The notes under the pieces were generated by a model. It did not search any database, was not told the origin of the DNA, and saw only the letters and a program-made list of their open reading frames with translations. The position numbers and the translations under genes are program-made. 64,000 bases of DNA from Clostridia bacterium (GTDB lineage: Bacteria > Bacillota > Clostridia > UBA1381), in the NCBI GenBank assembly GCA_017621875.1, contig JAGASE010000003.1, positions 5,473-69,472 of the forward strand. The letters are read 5' to 3'. This document shows, in pieces, positions 34,094-44,365 of the stretch. Each line of letters opens with the position of its first letter. The first letter of the stretch is position 1.

Positions 34094-34882
34094 TTACTTA
34101 TTTAAAATCAATCTTTCCAGTGCCTTTGCAACGCCGTCATTTTCGCAGGTATCGGTGACGATGGTAGCAATGCTCTTTACCTCGTCCGAGGCATTGCCCA
34201 TTGCTACACTGATTCCTGCGGCGGTCATAACGTCGATATCATTTACCGAATCGCCTACAGCGATACAGTTTTCTATTTTAACGCCGAGCTTTTCTGCCGC
34301 CATTTTCATTCCGCCGGCTTTGGAATTGCCGCGATTCCAGCCCTCAACGTAAAAGCTGTGATAATATACCGAAAAATTATCTTCAAAAAGCTTTCTCTGA
34401 GAGTCGGTTATTTCTGATGCAAAAATTTCAACCTTTTGAATGTTCGCATTGGGATATTTTTTATCAAAATCGTCCGCAGCGGTTATTTTGATAAATTCCG
34501 GCGAATCCCATTCTCCGTCGGGATTTGCCACAAAAACATTTTCCATTCCGCCGAACATTACAGTTTTTCCTGCCGGAAGAACCTCCTCCAAAACGCGTCT
34601 TAAAGTTTTTCTGTCCACAAAATCCTCAAAAAGACTTTCACCTCTGAAGATGATGCTTGTTCCTATTCCCGAAACAACGCCGTCATATTCCGCACCGTTT
34701 AAAACCGGCTTGGGAATCCAACCGTAGGCTCTTCCCGTATTGATAAAAACGTAATGCCCAAGCTCGCGTACAGCCTTTATTACACGTGCATTCTCCGCGG
34801 AAACCTTTCCTCCGAAGGGGAAGTTGTCGGGGAATGCGAGAGTCCCGTCAACATCAAGAAAAATTGCATATTTGTCTGTCAT
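34094..34882 (-). CDS. Cof-type HAD-IIB phosphatase
   Basis: It has the FLDVDGTL motif I, the TGR motif and the C-terminal GDSVNDIDVM motif. Confidence 0.85.
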   Translation of the reverse strand: MTDKYAIFLDVDGTLAFPDNFPFGGKVSAENARVIKAVRELGHYVFINTGRAYGWIPKPVLNGAEYDGVVSGIGTSIIFRGESLFEDFVDRKTLRRVLEEVLPAGKTVMFGGMENVFVANPDGEWDSPEFIKITAADDFDKKYPNANIQKVEIFASEITDSQRKLFEDNFSVYYHSFYVEGWNRGNSKAGGMKMAAEKLGVKIENCIAVGDSVNDIDVMTAAGISVAMGNASDEVKSIATIVTDTCENDGVAKALERLILNK

Positions 34883-34892
34883 AATTCCACTC

Positions 34893-35666
34893 CTATTTTA
34901 TTATATCTCCCACGCCGTTCAAAATATATTTGGGGCGGTAGGGGAATTTATCTATGTTTTCCATGCTTGTTACACCTGTAAGCACTAAAACGGTATCAAC
35001 ATTTGACTCAATTCCTGCTATAATATCGGTGTCCATTCTGTCGCCGATAAACGCGATTTCGTCACTGTGGCAATTCAGCTTTTTAAGTCCGTGACGAAGC
35101 ATGAGCGGATTCGGCTTGCCGACAAAATACGCTTTTTTGCCGGTTGCGATTTCAATCGGAGCAATCAGCGAGCCGGTTGCGGGCATAACTCCGCGTTCGG
35201 TAGGCCCTGTTATGTCGGGATTTGTGCCGATAAGCTTTGCACCCTTGTTTACAAGCTCAATAGCCTTCTCAAGCTTTTCAAAGTTATATGTTCTAGTTTC
35301 GCCCACAACCACGTAGTCGGGGTTTACGTCGTTCATATAAATTCCCTGGTCGTAAAGTGCCTTGGTAAGAGCCGCTTCACCGATAACATAGGCGGTACAG
35401 CCCGGATTCTGGCTATGTAAAAACTCCGCCGTTGCCATGGCACTTGTATAAAAATGCTCCGCAGAAACTGAAAGCCCCATTCTTTGAAGCTTCATGCTCA
35501 GCTCATGAGGAGTTTTTTCCGGGCTGTTTGTTAGGAACACAAATTTTTTGTCGTTATCAATCATCCAGTTTACAAATTCTGCAACGCCGTCCAAAATTTT
35601 GTTGCCGTGATAGATAACACCGTCCATATCGCTTATAAAGCCTACTTTGTTCAAAATTTCTCTCAT
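34893..35666 (-). CDS. HAD-IIA family hydrolase (NagD-like sugar phosphatase)
   Basis: It has ISDMDGVIYHG, FLTNS and IGDRMDTDI motifs. Confidence 0.85.
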   Translation of the reverse strand: MREILNKVGFISDMDGVIYHGNKILDGVAEFVNWMIDNDKKFVFLTNSPEKTPHELSMKLQRMGLSVSAEHFYTSAMATAEFLHSQNPGCTAYVIGEAALTKALYDQGIYMNDVNPDYVVVGETRTYNFEKLEKAIELVNKGAKLIGTNPDITGPTERGVMPATGSLIAPIEIATGKKAYFVGKPNPLMLRHGLKKLNCHSDEIAFIGDRMDTDIIAGIESNVDTVLVLTGVTSMENIDKFPYRPKYILNGVGDIIK

Positions 35667-35716
35667 AATTACTAACCTTCTTTCTGTTCTATTATTTCTC
35701 TTTTGTCCTTGTTTTA

Positions 35717-36550
35717 TTATATATTGTGATATTCACTATAAACATCTCTTTTTGCAAGACCTCTGTCCTTTGCGGTCAGCTTTACCGCCTCTTTTGAGTC
35801 TATGCCCTCCGAAATGTATTTTTCCACATGCTCGGTTATAGATATGTCCTCCCACCAGACGGTCCGGGGTTCGGGAGCGGACGCGCCCTCGATAACTATT
35901 ACATATTCGCCCTTGGGCGATTTTTCGGTATATAAATCCTGTGCCGCCAAAAGCGTTGTGCGTATTATTTCCTCATGGAGTTTTGTAAGCTCGCGGCAAA
36001 GGGCAATCCGCCTGTCGCCGAAAATATCCAGCATATCCTTTAAGGTATATGTCAGCTTGTGCGGTGCCTCATAAAAAATCAGTGTGTGGGTGTCATTTTT
36101 CACACTTTCCAGATGCTCGCGTCTGTGACGCTTATTCACCGATAAAAAGCCCTCAAACGCAAATCTGCGGGTGGGAAGCCCCGACACAATCAACGCGTTT
36201 ATGCCTGCCACGCAGCCGGGGATTGAGGTTACTGCAAGCCCATTTTCGATACAGAGCTTAACCAAATCCTCGCCGGGGTCGGAGATTGCCGGAGTGCCGG
36301 CGTCGGATACCAACGCGACGTCTTTGCCCTCCTTTAAAAGTCCGATTATATATTCGCCTTTTTCATGCTTGTTATGCTCGTGATAGCTTGTGAGCTGCTT
36401 TTTAATCCCGAAATAGTTTAAAAGCTGCACCGTTCTTCTGGTGTCCTCACATGCAATCAAATCAACGCTTTTAAATACCTCAAGACATCTTGAGGACACA
36501 TCGCCCAAGTTGCCGATGGGTGTTGCACATAAATATAAAGTTCCGTTCAT
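35717..36550 (-). CDS. rsmI: 16S rRNA (cytidine1402-2'-O)-methyltransferase RsmI
   Basis: It has LYLCATPIGNLGDVSSRCLEVFKSVDLIACEDTR and SDAGTPAISDPG, the tetrapyrrole-methylase fold. Its ATGA overlaps the upstream gene. Confidence 0.9.
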   Translation of the reverse strand: MNGTLYLCATPIGNLGDVSSRCLEVFKSVDLIACEDTRRTVQLLNYFGIKKQLTSYHEHNKHEKGEYIIGLLKEGKDVALVSDAGTPAISDPGEDLVKLCIENGLAVTSIPGCVAGINALIVSGLPTRRFAFEGFLSVNKRHRREHLESVKNDTHTLIFYEAPHKLTYTLKDMLDIFGDRRIALCRELTKLHEEIIRTTLLAAQDLYTEKSPKGEYVIVIEGASAPEPRTVWWEDISITEHVEKYISEGIDSKEAVKLTAKDRGLAKRDVYSEYHNI

Positions 36551-37281
36551 CGTCCGTAAATCCTTCTCAATTCCTCGGTTTCCGAGCCGTCCTCGTTATA
36601 CAGATACAGCGGAGGCAAAATTTTAAGCTCAACTCCGCCCTTGTATGCACCGTCTGCAAGCAGCAGACTCGGCTCGCTCCCGATTTTTTTATGTATAAAC
36701 CGTATTCGTTTCGGTTCAATGTCATATTTTCTCATTCCTGCCAGTATATCCACAAGCCTTGACGGCTTATGCACCAGCATCAGGTGTCCCTGCTGCTTTA
36801 AAAGCTGTGCCGCTGCCGAAAGCACGTCCTCTAAGCTGCACATTATTTCATGCCGGGCGATTATTTTTGTGTCAAGCTCGTTTTTTATGCCGCAGTCTGC
36901 CGGCATATACGGCGGATTGCAGGTGATTAAGTCAAAGCTGCGTTTTCCGTAAACGGCTGCGGCATTTTTCAGGTCGCCGTTTTCTATAAAAATCCTGTCT
37001 TCAAGCCCGTTCATAATAACCGAGCGGCATGCTGTTTCAGCAATTTCCTGCTGTATTTCGATGCCGCAGATGCGGCTTATGTGGGATTTGTGCGACAGGA
37101 GTATAGGAATAATTCCGCTGCCGGTACACATATCAAGAGCTTCTGCGGCACGTGCGTCTTTTGCAAAGTCGGCAAGCAGCACCGCGTCAACTCCGAAACG
37201 GAAACCGTCTTTTTTCTGAATAAGCCGAAGTCCTCCTGCCTGAAGGTCCTCAAGCGTTTCATTTTCCTTTAAAAAATCCAT
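36547..37281 (-). CDS. tRNA1(Val) (adenine37-N6)-methyltransferase-like SAM MTase (YabB/TrmN6 family)
   Basis: It has the FRFGVDAVLLADFA, DMCTGSGIIP and NPPY motifs. The start is placed at ATG 37281, just after the mreB stop. Confidence 0.75.
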   Translation of the reverse strand: MDFLKENETLEDLQAGGLRLIQKKDGFRFGVDAVLLADFAKDARAAEALDMCTGSGIIPILLSHKSHISRICGIEIQQEIAETACRSVIMNGLEDRIFIENGDLKNAAAVYGKRSFDLITCNPPYMPADCGIKNELDTKIIARHEIMCSLEDVLSAAAQLLKQQGHLMLVHKPSRLVDILAGMRKYDIEPKRIRFIHKKIGSEPSLLLADGAYKGGVELKILPPLYLYNEDGSETEELRRIYGR

Positions 37282-37282
37282 A

Positions 37283-38296
37283 TCAGCATTTGGTGAAAAC
37301 ATATGTGTTTTCTGACATTTTATCCATGTTATCTGTTACCGAGCCTGCACCGCGTGCCACGCAAAGGTCTGCATTTTCGGCGAGAAATACCTTAACGCCA
37401 AGCTCAATACGAAGCTTTTTTGCAAGCCCGTACAGCATTGCACCGCCGCCGATTAAGAGGATTCCGTCCTCCATTATATCACCCAAAAGCTCGGTAGGCA
37501 TTTCGTCAAGTGCCGAACGGATTTGGGCGGCGATTTTTTCGGTAAGTCCCGAAAATGCCTCGCGTGTTTCCTCGGAATATATCAGAATTTTTTCCGGCTT
37601 GCGTGTTTTTGTGTTGTATCCGCCGATTAAAATTGAATCGTTGTTATCACGCTGAAAAGCACAGCCGACCTCTTTTTTGATTTTTTCCGCAGTCTGCTCG
37701 CCGATAAGCATATCATGCTTTTCCATAACGTAATCAATAAGAGCGTTTGTAAAGTCTCCGCCGCCGATTTTTACCGAGCGGCCGATAACCGTCTGACCGA
37801 GCGAAATTGCCGCGATGTTGCACTTTCCGCCGCCGATATCAACAAGCATCATGCCTCTGGCGAGGCTTACGTCGCAGTTTGCTCCGATTGCACCTGCGAT
37901 TGGTGCCTCGATAAGATATACGTCGCGGATTTCCGATGCCTTTACCGCATCGCAGACCGCACGGCGTTCAACATCGGTAATTCCGCATGGTACGCTTATC
38001 ATAACACGCGGCTTTAAAACGCCGCCGATAACCTTGTTTAAAAATCCGTTTATCATACGGCAGGCAAGGTCAAAATCAGTTATTACGCCCTTGGAGAGCG
38101 GTTTAACAACGGTTATCGCGTCGGGGCATCTGCCCATCATTTCCTCAGCCTCCTTGCCGAGTGCCACGATTGTACCGTCGTAGGTGTCGTATGCTATCAC
38201 CGAAGGCTCGTCAATTATAGTTCCTTTATAGTAAATACGAGTGTTGTCTGTTCCCAAATCTATTGCAACGTCATTTGTAAGAGTTCCAAACCTCAT
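37283..38296 (-). CDS. mreB: Rod-shape-determining actin homologue MreB/Mbl
   Basis: It has DVAIDLGTDNTRIY, MLVDIGGG and LIGGGA nucleotide-binding motifs. GGAGGAG lies upstream. Confidence 0.9.
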   Translation of the reverse strand: MRFGTLTNDVAIDLGTDNTRIYYKGTIIDEPSVIAYDTYDGTIVALGKEAEEMMGRCPDAITVVKPLSKGVITDFDLACRMINGFLNKVIGGVLKPRVMISVPCGITDVERRAVCDAVKASEIRDVYLIEAPIAGAIGANCDVSLARGMMLVDIGGGKCNIAAISLGQTVIGRSVKIGGGDFTNALIDYVMEKHDMLIGEQTAEKIKKEVGCAFQRDNNDSILIGGYNTKTRKPEKILIYSEETREAFSGLTEKIAAQIRSALDEMPTELLGDIMEDGILLIGGGAMLYGLAKKLRIELGVKVFLAENADLCVARGAGSVTDNMDKMSENTYVFTKC

Positions 38297-38364
38297 CAAA
38301 TTCTCCTCCTATTATATCATACTTACATTTTAACTCAACTTGAGTAAAAAATCAACAAAAACTA

Positions 38365-38393
38365 TTGAATTTACAATATTTGAATGTTATAAT
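38365..38393 (+). promoter_or_regulatory. Sigma-70 promoter for the SNF2 helicase gene
   Basis: TTGAAT, a 17 nt spacer, then TATAAT. Confidence 0.5.
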
Positions 38394-38425
38394 AAAAGGA
38401 TACAGCGGAAAAGAGGTGAGTTTTT

Positions 38426-41400
38426 GTGAAAATTTCCGAAAATGATATTAAAAAAATATGTTCTCCCGGCATATACAGGTCCGGCGTGGACTATTTTAAG
38501 GAGGGACGCGTGCATATCCGCGTGCGTGATAAAAACAGCATTGTCGCATCGGTTGACAGCGACAAGCTTTATAATGTGCATATCGGCTTTGACGATGAAG
38601 AGCATATCTCGGAAACCTTCTGCACCTGTCCGTATTACCAGACTATGGGTGCAAACTGCAAGCATATTGCGGCGACATTAAAAATGCGGCAGAAGGAGCT
38701 TGAGGCAGGAGAGGACTTTGCAGACGATAATGACCGCGTCGCAAAGGATTTGTGCCGCGAGTTTGAGCTGCTAAGGGACGACAAGCAGACGCTTCATGCA
38801 GGCTTCATTTTCAGAATAAACACAAATCACAAAAGGGAGTGCAGCTACTCGGTGTCGATAACGCTCGGCGAGTCCGAAACGCCGATTGCCGCGGTGGAGA
38901 GCTTTCTTGAGGCATTCCTTTCCGGCGGAGAATACAAGCTTTCAAAGCATAAGGCTTTTTCGACGTCACGCTTTTCCTTTTCGGGACTTGAGGAAAATAT
39001 TCTAAAGATTTTGGCAGAGGCTTATCAGAATAAATCCGAAACACTGGCTGTTTATACACCAAAGCTTACCGCCTGTGATTTCGGCTGGTATACCGCAAAG
39101 CGTCTTATTCCGCTTTTAAAAAATGCGGACTGCAAATTTGTGATTAACGGCATGACGCAGCAGGGCTTGCTAATCAGGGACGAGGACCCCGACATTCTCA
39201 TTGACGTAACCGCTACCGACGACAACATTAATATATCCATACCTCAGAGCGGACTTGCCGTTACTCCGGACGGAAGCTGGTTTTTATATGACGGCGATCT
39301 TTATGGCACAAGCTGCGAGTGGCAGAACTGGTTTATGCCGCTTTATAACGCACTGGCGACCGAAAGCCGCACGCAGATTGATTTCAAAGGTACAAATTCC
39401 ATCGCATTTGCCGCGAATGTTTTACCGCTTTTAAAAGACCGCCGCGGAGTTGTTCTGCAGGGTGTGGAAAATGTGGTGGTTGATGATAAGCCGGGATTTG
39501 ACATATATTTTGACCGGTTTGATGACGGCATTTCTGCAGTAATAACGGCAAGCTACGGCAAAATCTGCATAAGACTGCCCGATCCGGGAGAGGAGCAGGA
39601 AAAGATAATTGTCCGCGACTACAATGCCGAACGCTATATTCTGTCCTTTTTCGAGGAATTTTCGGCAAGCGGTCAGACCTTATATATGAGCGGAAATGAC
39701 GAGCTTTACGAGTTTTTGACATCGGGAATAAAGCGGCTTTCGCAGATGGCACACATACACACCTCGGAAAGCTTTGATAAAATGACGGTTTCTGTGCCGC
39801 CGATGGTAAGCGGCAGGGTTTCGTACGACACAAAAATTGACCTTCTTGAGGTTGGCTTTGAGAGTGATTTGTCGCCGTCCGAAATAATGGGAATCCTGCA
39901 CGCAATCCGCCATAAAAAGCGGTATTATCGTATGCGTGACGGTGCGTTTTTGAGCATGACCGACGAGCTTTCCGTTTTTGAAATGCTGAGTAATCTTGAT
40001 TTTTCATACGGCGATGTAAGGGACGGTAAAAAGCTCCTTACTAAACACAATGCACTATATCTTTCGGGACTTTCGGAAAGCGGCTTGGTAGCCTCGGACG
40101 CGGGATTTGACGGGCTGATTGAAAAAATACGCAGCCTTCGTGCCGATATCCCCGATTATCTTGAAAATGTACTGCGTGATTATCAGAAAACGGGCGTTCA
40201 CTGGATGAAGCAGCTTTCCGAGCTTGGCTTTGGCGGAATACTTGCGGACGATATGGGCTTGGGAAAAACGATTGAGGTTATTGCGTTTGTTATGAGCGAA
40301 AAGCCCGAAAAGCCGGCACTTGTTGTAACGCCCAGTGCGTTAACGTATAACTGGCTCTCCGAAATAAAAAAATTCGCACCCAAGGCACGTGCAAAAATTA
40401 TTGACGGAACAAAAGAGGAACGCACAAGAGAGCTTGCCGATGTTTCGGGATATGATTTTATAATAACGTCTTATCCGCTTTTACGGCGTGACATTTACGA
40501 ATATGGCGAGCATACATTTTCCTACTGCTTTATAGACGAGGCACAGCATATAAAAAATCCGAAAACCTTAAGTGCAAAGGCGGTTAAAAAAATCCATGCC
40601 GAAAAATGCTTTGCCCTAAGCGGTACGCCGATTGAAAATTCACTCGGAGAGCTGTGGTCGATTTTTGATTTTGTTATGCCGGGTTATCTTCTTTCGCGTC
40701 AGCAGTTTTCGGACAGGTATGAAAAGCCGATTTCGCATGATGACGAATCGGCAAGAGAATCGCTTCGGAGTAAAATAAGACCGTTCATTCTTCGGAGAAT
40801 GAAATATGAGGTGCTGTCCGAGCTTCCCGATAAAATCGAAAATACCTTCTTCGCCGAGCTTGATTCCTCGCAGAAGAAGATATATTCAGCGTATCTTGCC
40901 GCAGCAAGACGTGAGGCACGTGAGCTGGTGGAGTACGGCGATAATATACGGATTTTGTCACTGCTTATGCGACTGCGACAAATCTGCTGTCACCCTAAGC
41001 TGATTGATGAGGAGTATGACAAGGACAGCGGAAAGCTGCAGCTTTTGGAGGATTTAGTGAGAAATGGTATTGATGCGGGACACAGAATACTTATTTTTTC
41101 ACAGTTTACCTCCATGCTCTCAATAATTCGGGAGCGGCTCGCTGCGTTGGGAATTGACGCTTTTTACCTTGACGGCAGCACGCCTGCACCCCTTCGCACA
41201 GAGCTTGCGGACAGGTTTAACGGCGGCGAACGCAGTGTGTTTTTGATTTCCTTAAAGGCAGGCGGAACGGGACTTAATCTTATCGGAGCGGATATGGTTA
41301 TCCATTATGACCCGTGGTGGAATCCTGCGGCGGTAAATCAGGCGTCCGACCGTGCGTACAGAATAGGTCAGACGAAGGCGGTGCATGTTATAAAGCTTGC

Positions 41401-41536
41401 CGCAAAGGGTACTATTGAGGAGCAAATTATAAAGCTTCAGGCAAAAAAACAAAATCTTGCAGATGATTTGATACAAAAAAATTCCTCTATGCTTTCAAGT
41501 CTTTCAAAAGAGGAAATAATGAATCTTTTTAAATAA
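38426..41536 (+). CDS. SWIM-zinc-finger / SNF2-family helicase (YwqA-like)
   Basis: The N-terminal SWIM motif is FCTCPYYQTMGANCKHIAA. Helicase motifs are LADDMGLGKT, DEAQHIKN and the C-terminal ISLKAGGTGLNL...QASDRAYRIGQ. Confidence 0.88.
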   Translation: MKISENDIKKICSPGIYRSGVDYFKEGRVHIRVRDKNSIVASVDSDKLYNVHIGFDDEEHISETFCTCPYYQTMGANCKHIAATLKMRQKELEAGEDFADDNDRVAKDLCREFELLRDDKQTLHAGFIFRINTNHKRECSYSVSITLGESETPIAAVESFLEAFLSGGEYKLSKHKAFSTSRFSFSGLEENILKILAEAYQNKSETLAVYTPKLTACDFGWYTAKRLIPLLKNADCKFVINGMTQQGLLIRDEDPDILIDVTATDDNINISIPQSGLAVTPDGSWFLYDGDLYGTSCEWQNWFMPLYNALATESRTQIDFKGTNSIAFAANVLPLLKDRRGVVLQGVENVVVDDKPGFDIYFDRFDDGISAVITASYGKICIRLPDPGEEQEKIIVRDYNAERYILSFFEEFSASGQTLYMSGNDELYEFLTSGIKRLSQMAHIHTSESFDKMTVSVPPMVSGRVSYDTKIDLLEVGFESDLSPSEIMGILHAIRHKKRYYRMRDGAFLSMTDELSVFEMLSNLDFSYGDVRDGKKLLTKHNALYLSGLSESGLVASDAGFDGLIEKIRSLRADIPDYLENVLRDYQKTGVHWMKQLSELGFGGILADDMGLGKTIEVIAFVMSEKPEKPALVVTPSALTYNWLSEIKKFAPKARAKIIDGTKEERTRELADVSGYDFIITSYPLLRRDIYEYGEHTFSYCFIDEAQHIKNPKTLSAKAVKKIHAEKCFALSGTPIENSLGELWSIFDFVMPGYLLSRQQFSDRYEKPISHDDESARESLRSKIRPFILRRMKYEVLSELPDKIENTFFAELDSSQKKIYSAYLAAARREARELVEYGDNIRILSLLMRLRQICCHPKLIDEEYDKDSGKLQLLEDLVRNGIDAGHRILIFSQFTSMLSIIRERLAALGIDAFYLDGSTPAPLRTELADRFNGGERSVFLISLKAGGTGLNLIGADMVIHYDPWWNPAAVNQASDRAYRIGQTKAVHVIKLAAKGTIEEQIIKLQAKKQNLADDLIQKNSSMLSSLSKEEIMNLFK

Positions 41537-41609
41537 AAAGGGACATATAAATGCCGCAGCTTTGGCAATAATCTATGCCACGCTGCGGTGTTGTTATTTT
41601 TATGTCCCT

Positions 41610-42377
41610 TTATACATATTTTCGCATGTGCTTTAACGCACTTTTCTCAAGCCGTGAAACCTGGGCTTGGGATATGCCTATTTCGTCTGCAACCTCCATT
41701 TGAGTTTTGCCCTGAAAAAAGCGGAGGTCGAGAATGTGCTTTTCGCGTTCGCCCAAATGCTTCATTGCCTCGGAAATGGCGATGTTCCGGAGCCAGTTTT
41801 CGTCGGTATTTTTGGAATCCTTCACCTGGTCCATAACATAAATTGCCTCTCCGCCATCGTGATAAACCGGCTCGAAAAGGCTTACCGGATCAGCAATTGC
41901 ATCAAGTGCAAAAACAACGTCCTCCTTTGGAATATCAAGCTTTTTTGCAATTTCGGCAATGGTCGGCTCCTTTGAATTTTTGTTCATAAGGCTTTCCTTT
42001 GCGTAAAGTGCCTTATACGCAATATCCTTTAAGGAACGGCTTACACGTATTGAGTTGTTATCTCTTAAATATCGTCTTATTTCACCTATAATCATCGGTA
42101 CGGCATATGTGGAAAACTGTACGTTTTGAGAAAGGTCAAAATTATCAATCGCTTTAATCAGTCCGACACAGCCGACCTGAAACAGGTCATCGGCATTTTC
42201 GCCTCGGTTGGAAAACCGCTGAATAACGCTTAAAACAAGCCTTAGATTTCCGTGGATAAATTCTTCTCTTGCCTTTTCGTCGCCCTGCTTTATTTTAATA
42301 AAAAGCTCTTCCTTACGCTGACGGGAAAGTACCGGCAGTTTAGATGTGTTTACTCCGCAGATTTCTACTTTATTCAT
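41610..42377 (-). CDS. sigG: Sporulation sigma factor SigG
   Basis: By eye it matches the remembered B. subtilis SigG sequence closely throughout (NKVEICGV.TSKLPVL, GNLRLVLSVIQRF.NRGE..DDLFQVGC.GL.K.IDNFDLS.NV.FSTYAVPMIIGEIRRYLRDNN.IRVSRSL, FFQGKTQMEVA.EIGISQAQVSRLEK). Confidence 0.9.
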   Translation of the reverse strand: MNKVEICGVNTSKLPVLSRQRKEELFIKIKQGDEKAREEFIHGNLRLVLSVIQRFSNRGENADDLFQVGCVGLIKAIDNFDLSQNVQFSTYAVPMIIGEIRRYLRDNNSIRVSRSLKDIAYKALYAKESLMNKNSKEPTIAEIAKKLDIPKEDVVFALDAIADPVSLFEPVYHDGGEAIYVMDQVKDSKNTDENWLRNIAISEAMKHLGEREKHILDLRFFQGKTQMEVADEIGISQAQVSRLEKSALKHMRKYV

Positions 42378-42534
42378 TGCACAAGTCCCCTTTTATTTTG
42401 AAATATGTACTGTCTTAGGGACATATAATAGGGAAGAGCTTCGGCAGGAAAAGCCCTGCCGAAGTTCTTGATTTATTTGTTTATACAGCCTTCTGATTCT
42501 CACACTTTTTGACGGAGTTTTTTGCAGAAGTCTT

Positions 42535-44121
42535 TTATAATATATCCTCTATCTGTGATTTTATAACCGTAACCTTAGGACCATAGATAACCTGAACGCC
42601 GTTGCCTTTTTTGATAACGCCCGAAGCACCGCTTCGCTTTAAGGTGGCGTCGGTCACCTTTGATGAATCCTTTACGGTAACTCTCAGACGTGTTGCACAG
42701 CAGTCGAGGTCGGCAATGTTGTCCTTACCGCCAAGTCCGTCCAAAATCATCTTTGCACGCTCATAGTCGCCGCCTGCCTGTTTTTCCTTATAATCCTTTT
42801 TGGTATAAAGCTTTGTTTCCTCGCCTTCGTCCTCGCGTCCCGGTGTTTTCAGATTGAATTTTCTGATTACAAATTTGAACAGGAAGTAGTAGATGAAGAA
42901 ATAGATTACACCTACGGGAATTGCATACAGCCAGTGCGTTTTTGCCTGTCCCTGCATGATACCAAACAGCAGAAAATCAATAAATCCGCCCGAGAAGGTC
43001 ATTCCGATTGCCACGCCCAAAATATGCATGAGCATAAATGACAGACCGGCAAGAACGCAGTGTATACCGTAATAAAGCACCGGTGCAACGAACAGGAAGG
43101 TAAATTCAAGCGGTTCGGTAATACCTGTTAAAAAGCTTGTAAGTGCGGCAGAAAAGAGCAGCGAGCCTACCACCTTCCGTTTTTCGGGCTTGGCACATTG
43201 ATACATGGCAAGTGCAGCTCCGGGCAGACCGAACATCATAAACGGGAATTTACCCGTCATAAATCTTGCTGCGTCTACGCTGAATCTTGTGGTTGACGGA
43301 GACGCAAGCTCGGCAAAAAAGATGTTTTGGGCACCTGTAATTGTTGCTCCGTCGATAATTTTTGTGCCTCCGAGTCCCGTCTGCCAGAAGGGCAGATAGA
43401 ACACGTGATGAAGTCCGAAAGGAATCAATGCTCTTTCGATATAACCGTAAATCAGCGTACCGAAGTAGCCTGCACTGGTTACAAGGTTACCGAGGGCGTA
43501 GATTCCGCTTTGGATAATCGGCCATAAATAGTACATTATTATTCCGACTAAAGTATACACAAGAGTTGAAATAATCGGAATAAATCTCGTACCGCCGAAG
43601 AAGGACAGCATCTGCGGAAGCTCTATCTTGTAAAATCTGTTATGAAGAGCCGCAACACCCAGTCCGACTATAATACCGCCGAATACGCCCATCTGCAGCG
43701 TTTCGATGCCCAAAACACTTGCCACAGCACCGTCTGCCAGACTGTCCGCACTGCCGGTAATTGCCAGCAGCGAGGAAATGGTAATATTCATTACAAGGAA
43801 TGCTATTGCAGCGGAAAGCGTTGCAATCTCCTTCTCCTTCTTTGCCATACCGAGGGCAACTCCCATTGCGAATATAAGCGGCAGATTGTCGAAAATAACA
43901 CCGCCCACCTTGGAAAATATGGTAAGAAGTCCGAATAAAAATGTACCTTCGCCAAGCAGCCATTCAAGGCCGTATTTTGCAACTGTAGTCTGATTTGAAA
44001 AGGACGAGCCTATTCCCAAAAGCAATCCCGCCACCGGCAAAAGAGCTATCGGAAACATGAAGCTCCGTCCGACTCTTTGAAGGACGCCGAAAACGCCGCC
44101 TTCGTTATTTTTATTGCTCAT
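42535..44121 (-). CDS. PTS sugar transporter EIICB (glucose/N-acetylglucosamine family)
   Basis: It has a polytopic EIIC domain and a C-terminal EIIB domain with CATRLRV. The start is placed at ATG 44121, which has AAGGAG upstream. Confidence 0.85.
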   Translation of the reverse strand: MSNKNNEGGVFGVLQRVGRSFMFPIALLPVAGLLLGIGSSFSNQTTVAKYGLEWLLGEGTFLFGLLTIFSKVGGVIFDNLPLIFAMGVALGMAKKEKEIATLSAAIAFLVMNITISSLLAITGSADSLADGAVASVLGIETLQMGVFGGIIVGLGVAALHNRFYKIELPQMLSFFGGTRFIPIISTLVYTLVGIIMYYLWPIIQSGIYALGNLVTSAGYFGTLIYGYIERALIPFGLHHVFYLPFWQTGLGGTKIIDGATITGAQNIFFAELASPSTTRFSVDAARFMTGKFPFMMFGLPGAALAMYQCAKPEKRKVVGSLLFSAALTSFLTGITEPLEFTFLFVAPVLYYGIHCVLAGLSFMLMHILGVAIGMTFSGGFIDFLLFGIMQGQAKTHWLYAIPVGVIYFFIYYFLFKFVIRKFNLKTPGREDEGEETKLYTKKDYKEKQAGGDYERAKMILDGLGGKDNIADLDCCATRLRVTVKDSSKVTDATLKRSGASGVIKKGNGVQVIYGPKVTVIKSQIEDIL

Positions 44122-44365
44122 AAACTTTCTCCTTTTTTGTTTATTTGCTGTTAGTATTTTCAACTTTTGCAACACTTATACTTTTCTTATCAGTTATTTT
44201 TTTAACATAATGCATAAAAATACGAAATATTACAAATTTATCACAAATAATTATTGATTTTAGAGCAGAAAAGTGCTATTATATATTATGTATGGATTTT
44301 ATTAATTAATTCTTGCAAAAACAGGATTTTATAAATCCGAACCAATAAAAAGGAGGAAAATTTTC

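Noticed and set aside
39384-40007. 207-aa minus-strand ORF inside the SNF2 helicase gene.
   Set aside because: It is antisense to a motif-rich helicase gene and has Arg/Pro/Ser-rich composition.
38426-41536. SWIM-SNF2 helicase, considered as a possible defence-system component (DISARM or BREX-like).
   Set aside because: It is a solitary gene between mreB and sigG, with no methylase, PLD, DUF1998 or other defence partners. It matches the widespread YwqA-type housekeeping architecture.
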